This document shows, in pieces, positions 58,148-64,000 of a DNA stretch of 64,000 nucleotides. The notes beneath the pieces are model-generated. The model saw only the letters and a list, made by a program, of their open reading frames with translations, was not told the DNA's origin and did no database searches. Each line of letters opens with the position of its first letter. The first letter of the stretch is position 1. Position numbers and translations under genes: made by a program. This DNA is from Amphiscolops sp. MND2022 (lineage: Eukaryota): positions 36,084,001 through 36,148,000 of the forward strand of contig OZ076417.1 in assembly GCA_964187785.1 (NCBI GenBank), given 5' to 3'.

Positions 58148-61100
58148 TTACAATTCATTCGTAGGAGAAGGGGAAGGAAGGACTGGGGCTAGTTTCACGA
58201 CCGGACGGACAAGGTTTCCAGACGTGGTTCTAACTTCAGCCGAGCGGGCGACGGCATCGCTGCCAAAGTGGAGTTTGACTATACGTGCGAGAGGGTAGTA
58301 GCCTCTCGGACTTGTGGCTTCCACGATCCAAACGAGATCTCCGGTCTTCAGTTGTTTGTCAGACTGTGCGGACCATTTCGCGCGGCGATTCAAAGTCGGT
58401 ACGTACTCTTTTAGCCACCTGGTCCAGATGGCATCAGAGTATGCTTGCGCGCGTGCATATCGCTTGCGGTGGTCGAAATCACACTTAGAATGAGACGGCA
58501 GAGATGAGCCAGCGGTTCCAAGCAGGAAGTGGTTGGGTGTCAAAGCATCCATATCAGTGGCATCTGCGCTTGCTGGAACTAACGGGCGAGCGTTGAGGCT
58601 CTGCTCTACGAGACAGAAAACAGTTGTTAAGATTTCGTCTGTCAAACGTCTGTTGCCAAGTATCGCATAGAAAGTGTGTTTGAAACTTCTCACTAGCCTT
58701 TCCCAGACACCGCCATGGTGTGGGGCGCTAGGAGGATTGAACTTCCAGTTGATATCTTTCTTGACCATAGACTCAGTAATTGCTTGTTGATTCCAGTTAA
58801 GAACGTTCTGAAGGAGTTCTTTCTCAGTCGCAACAAAGTTAGTCCCGTTGTCCGACCAGATAACGGAAGGGTTTCCCCGACGGGAAACAAATCTCTCAAT
58901 TCCCATGACGCAACTACTAGTGTCCATAGACGGCACAACTTCAAAATGGACAGCGCGGGTAGTCAAACATGTGAAGAGAAATCCCCACCGCTTCTCTGTG
59001 GAGCGTTTAACTGAAACGTAGAAGGGACCAAAGTAAACTAATCCAGTGTTCGTGAATGGTGGCGATGCAAAGGCAAGGCGTTCTTTTGGCAAATCAGCCA
59101 TCATCGGTGTCAAAGTTTCCGCTTTGCGTTTGCGACAAGTTACGCATCTGGATTGTATCGTTCGCAGGGCAGTTCTCAATTTGACAATGGCATACTTCTG
59201 CTGTATCAAGGCTCTCAGGTACTCTACACCTTGATGGCAGTGTTTCTCGTGTAGGTGCTCAAGGAATAATCGAACTGCAGGGTGGCGACTGTCAAGCAAG
59301 ATGGGATGTTTGATGTCAAAACTGGCAACTTCGAGTTGTTTAGTTCGACCTTGTGCTCGGAGAAGACCGTTTGGACCGATGAAGGGAGTAAAATCTTTTA
59401 TTACTGACGGTTTACTAATCGGCAAACATTTCAGCAAAGCTTTCTTCTCGCTCGAGAAGGATTCCGATTGTACCAAGTAGAAAAGTTTCTGCTCAGCAAA
59501 TTCAAGTTCGGCAGGATCTGTTATGGACCCTGTTTCTGTTCGGTTACCAGAGAATTTCGGCAAAAGACGCAAAATGTAAGCCAAAATGCGCAAAAGTTTC
59601 TCGTAAGAGCTGTACTTTTGCCACTCAAGAGTTAGGGCATTGAAGACTACATTCGCAATATTTGCTGTCGTTTCTTGGTAATTGAGTTCGCAAGGTACTT
59701 CGTCGCGGTTGAGTTTCTTCAACTTTGTCTTCATAAGTTCGTCTGATGGCTGGAAGGGCCACTCAGAAGTCCTTAAGAAGGCGGGACCTTTGAGCCATGT
59801 GCTCTCTAAAAGAGCTTTTGCTGATAGACCACGGGTGCCTGCGTCGGCCGGATTGTCGGTTGTTGTTACGTGGTTCCATTCATCCACTGTCGTCAGCTCG
59901 AGTATCTCGGCAACTCTATTGGCTACGAACACGGGTTGTTTGTCAATGGAGTGAAGCCATTGTAGTACAGTGGTGCTGTCTGTCCACATTACCGTTCGTT
60001 CGATAGTTAGGGTGAGCGCTTTTTGAACTTCATTTTTCAATCGGGCTGCGAGAAGAGCTGCTTGAAGTTCTAACTTCGGTATCGTGAGTGCTTTCATTGG
60101 AGCGACGCGAGCTTTCCCGAATACAAAGGCTAGTTCGGTTGTCATACCTTTGCTGTTGTGCACCTTCGCACGGAGGTAGGCAACTGCCGAGAACGCATTT
60201 TGAGAGCTGTCACCGAATATGTGCAACTCAGCCGTTGCAATGTTGCCTTGAAAGTAACAACGTGGGATTGTTATTGTACTCAAGGTGGGAAGTTCTTCAG
60301 CCCAACCGAGGAATTCCTTACAAATGTCTTCCGGCAGGTTATCGTCCCATTGTTGCCCGCTCAGGCGCCAAATATCTTTTAACAAGAGTCGGGCTGTTAC
60401 AGTGTATGGCGCAACAAGTCCGATGGGGTCGTAGACTGCCGAGACAAGGCTCAAAACAACACGTTGTGTTAGAGGTCGGTTCAAGTCGGGGCTGGTTCCG
60501 CGGCTGACAACTAGTGTGTCGAACCGGTGGTTCCATTTCAAGCCTAAGACATGAGAGTTTTCGTCTTCGGCTGCCAAGAGTTTCTCATCGGTTTTGGTAC
60601 CAATTTCGATTTTCGGGTCGAGGCGGTTAGATAAGTTGGGAACGTTACTGACAAACTTGGTTAACGTGAAGCCGCCTTTCGATAGCATTTTCACAAGGTC
60701 ATGAGCTTTCTTGGTTGCTTCTTCAACGGTTGCGCTCGACTCAAGGTAATCGTCCATGTAAAAATTGCTTTCGACACTTTTCGCGGCTTCTGGAAACTTC
60801 TTGCGGTTATCACGTGCAGTTCGTTGAAGCGCATAGTTAGCACAAGTTGGTGAATCCTTTGAACCAAAAATGTGGCGTATGTACTGGTACACAGCGACGT
60901 TTGTTGCTGGGTCCTCCCGCCACAGAAAACGAAGAGACGGTCGGTCTTGAGGAATCACGCCAACTTGCAAAAACATTCCTTCTATGTCAGCGGAGACAGC
61001 GTACGGATGTTGTCGGAAGCGCATTAGCACGTGAATCAATGTTTGCAACAAATCTGGACCTGTAAGTAGAGCGTTGTTCAGTGAAACACCGTGGAATTTG

Positions 61101-64000
61101 GCTGCGCCATTGAGTACACGGCGTACTTTCCCAGGCTTGTGTGGGTGTAACACTGGGTGGTGCGGTAGGTACCACTCACGAGGGTTGTCAACTTTGAAAC
61201 AGTCGGACTTGTCGACCTTAACGATGTATCCCTTGTCGAAGTCGTCTTTTATCGTCTGAGCGTAGCTTGCTCTCAGATCGGGAGTACGTTCGAGTCGGCG
61301 TTCAAGGGATTTCAGTTGCACTAGTGCTGAGAAGTAGTTGTTCGGAAGACTACTGTCATCATCAGCCCACAACATACCGACTTGATATCGGCATCCGTCA
61401 TGATATGTCGTGTCTTGCAAAATTTTTGACGCTCTAGCATCGGCGGCTGAGCGAGGGTCGACTTGTTTCTTCGCTGCAAAGGATTCCATTTCGTACCAAC
61501 TCCGAAGTTGATCGGCCAACTGGGAGTCACTCTCACTTTGGATCACAGCTTTGAAGCACGTCGAAACGAGTCCTGAAGTCGAAGGCAATGGTCCACTCAA
61601 AACCCAACCCAACGGTATTCGAACGGCAATTGGAGAATTTTTTCGGTCGGATTCAAAATACTCCAATGGGCGGATTGAATGGAACACGTCTTGACCCAGT
61701 ATCATTTCGACATCTGCGTAACTGTATGTCTTTAGAGCAATGGGCTCCAAGTGAGGGTAGATTGTTTTCAGAGAGTCCACATCGATGACATCATTTCCAA
61801 CGTGCAAAGTCTTTCTCACATAGGGTTTGACATTGAAAGCAGAGCAAGAGCCACCCGAATGAACGGGCGTCAACTTGAGCTCAACTATCTCAGTGTCAAC
61901 AACCTGTTGTGAGTTTATCCCATGGACTGTTAGTTTGGTTGGTACACCTTTCAGGTTAAGCTTTGTTGCAAGTTTTTCAGAAATCCACGAGTGACTGCAA
62001 GCAGAGTCACACAAAGCTAGCACCTTTGCGGAGTTAGTTCCGGTATGTACTTCGACCTCTGTGATTTGGAGAAGTCCTTTCATGTCGGTTACCGAGCACA
62101 CGCCGGAACTTTCACCAGTTTGACTGTTTGGTGTTGTGGAGCTACAAGAACTAGTTACATGGTTTCGTGACGTTTTCGGAGTGGTTCTTGGTTGGAAGAC
62201 TCGTTCGGCACCGTGTAACAGAGTATTATGAGAACTTGAGCAGTCATCTTTATTGCACTTGCGTGGTTGTGGACATTGACGGAAAGAGTGGTTTCCTTTA
62301 AAACACGAGAAGCAAAGTTTGTTTTCGGCAACTACCTTTGCTCTTTCGGTAGGTGTTTTACTGAGAAACACGTGACATCGCCATAAAGGATGATTTTCTT
62401 TGCAAGCAATGCAAGCTAATTGCACTCGATTTGTCTTGGATGAAGTTCCAGTTGAAGGTGCACTAGAACTAGCCGCGGCGAACACTTTCGCTCCAGTCTT
62501 GGTGCGTGTAACAGTAGGAGCACTTTCGTCAGCCTTCGGTTTCGCTGAAGACACTTTCATTCTTTCGTGTGCTTCGGCTTTATCTTTCAACCAGTCGTTG
62601 AATTCTAAAAGGGTCGGTCGGCTCCAATCTTTCTTCACAGTATGCAGAGACCAAGCTTCCTTCATGTTAGGAGGAAGTTTCTGCACAGCTTGACCCAATA
62701 AGGCTGCGCTTGACAAGTCGTGTTCGTATTTCAGCGAGCGGAACACGCCAACCATAGCGGAAATTGTTGCTGAAAATGCGATCACATTATCGCTGTTATG
62801 CATTTTTAATGGCGGGAAGTTATTCAGTTTGTCAAGATGAGCAGACACAACTGCCTGTGGTTGCCCAAATTTCCGCTCTAGCGTCTTCAGTGCATCTTGG
62901 TACATAGTCCCACAGTATGCAAATTCCGCAATCGCTGTCTTCGCTTTGCCCGTCACGAGTGTTTTCAGATACGTAAGCTTCACATCATTCGAAAGTGGTG
63001 CGGAGTCAATGGCACTCCTAAACTGACCTATCCACTCATGCCATTGCAGTGGATCTCCGTTGTATTGCGCCAGTTTCCACTCAGGAAGATGGTCCTTTTT
63101 CGCAGCGGACAAAAGTTGAGCAAGATCGTTCACTGTTACTGTCGTTGGCGTCGGTGGTGGAACGATCGGATTTTGAAAGTTCGGGAAAGTAGGAGCCGGT
63201 ATCAGTGTCGATGTAGGTTGTATTGTTGGTCCGGTAACTGTAGAAACTGTAACGGCTTGAGGGTTGCAGTAATAAGTGGTTCCTCCACTTCGAACTGGAA
63301 CAACTGGAACCGAACTGGCGGTAGTCACGATCGGTGCTGCGACGCTGCCTGAAAGAGTGAATTGCCCTCCAGTAGGTGGCGGGGCAGTATATTGTGTTAT
63401 TGGAAGGCTGTTTCCAGCCGGGAATGTCCAAGCAGACAAGTTAGGAACAGCATGGCTGGATGGTATGGTGAACAGAGGCTGTGTTGTAATCGGAATAGCA
63501 GGCTGTTGCGTCTGCGAAGGCAAATTTGGGGTCTGAGATACGAGGGGCACGGTTGTTGATGTTGTAAGAGCGGCTGCAGACGGCACGTGTCGAAAAGGTA
63601 GGTGATTGACCGCAGCCAGTGACGGAGGAGAGCTGTTTGGTATAACTGGCATGGAAAAGTTGACAGCGGCAACGTTGAGCTGCTGTTCAGGCGGGAAAGT
63701 GTTCAGTCCAGATGCAAGCGCTGCGAGTTGGTTAGGGTAGCTGCTTTGAACAACTTCTGTTATTAGTGTTGTTGAAGCAACTGGCGGATTTGAAGATTCG
63801 GCTTCTGCGTTGGCCTCAGTAGTTACGGCTTGTGGCGGTTCCGAATTAACATCATTGACCCAGTCGGACACTCTCTGGGATGCGGTTTGTCTACTGTGTT
63901 TGCTAATGCGAGACAGTGTTTCGTGGAATTCATCAGGCGCTTCAGAAAGGTTTTCAGTCAACTCCAGTTCGGTAATTCTTGCTTCCGCAAGTTTTCGTCG
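58148..64000 (-). mobile_element. Bel/Pao LTR retrotransposon gag-pol polyprotein (>1937 aa, frame open to the window edge)
   Basis: Domain order: gag (YNGDPLQW.EW..QF, DUF1759-like), three Cys/His knuckles, protease LCDSACSHS, RT (HHPV, ADIEGMFLQV, FGSKDSP, YMDD), RNase H (IFGDSS, ARVAP, LELQAA, WTDST), integrase (WSDNGTNF, GGVWERLV), and a C-terminal DUF5641-like region. Confidence 0.96.

Noticed and set aside
61995-62025. Protease motif DSA instead of DSG/DTG as an inactivating change
   Set aside because: The catalytic Asp is retained and Ala is tolerated at this position in some retropepsins; it may be a family trait and cannot be judged from one copy.
58285-63672. Many short ORFs overlapping the Bel/Pao ORF
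   Set aside because: Shadow ORFs in other frames of a long, GC-richer coding region; no motifs.

Overview
This is a eukaryotic, AT-rich, transposon-dense window that looks like an invertebrate animal genome; the species cannot be established from the sequence. Host genes: (1) the 3' half of RNF123/KPC1 (+ strand, 11 exons, 786-21821); (2) a complete SLC10/SBF-family sodium:bile-acid symporter-like gene (- strand, 57283 to 44740, with a possible extra exon at 42143-41980); (3) an unassigned spliced multi-pass membrane protein gene (+ strand, about 36.1-38.1 kb). Mobile DNA: a Bel/Pao LTR retrotransposon with an open gag-pol ORF running off the right edge, a DD34E Tc1 element split by an 887-bp insert, hAT and Tc1/pogo-type MITEs, a tRNA-derived SINE, and many non-autonomous Helentron-like (DINE/HINE-type) elements. 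Most notable: a roughly 10-kb cassette in RNF123 intron 8, bounded by direct repeats, made of three tandem 2.6-2.9-kb units carrying an SGNH/GDSL hydrolase and 2-3 orphan ORFs but no transposase or RT. Also notable: an apparently required GG-AG intron in the RNF123 RING domain, an intron-like GT-AG insert whose removal restores the Tc1 transposase, and a putative SLC10 intron whose two ends are perfectly complementary. All family assignments come from motif recognition by eye, not database searches.
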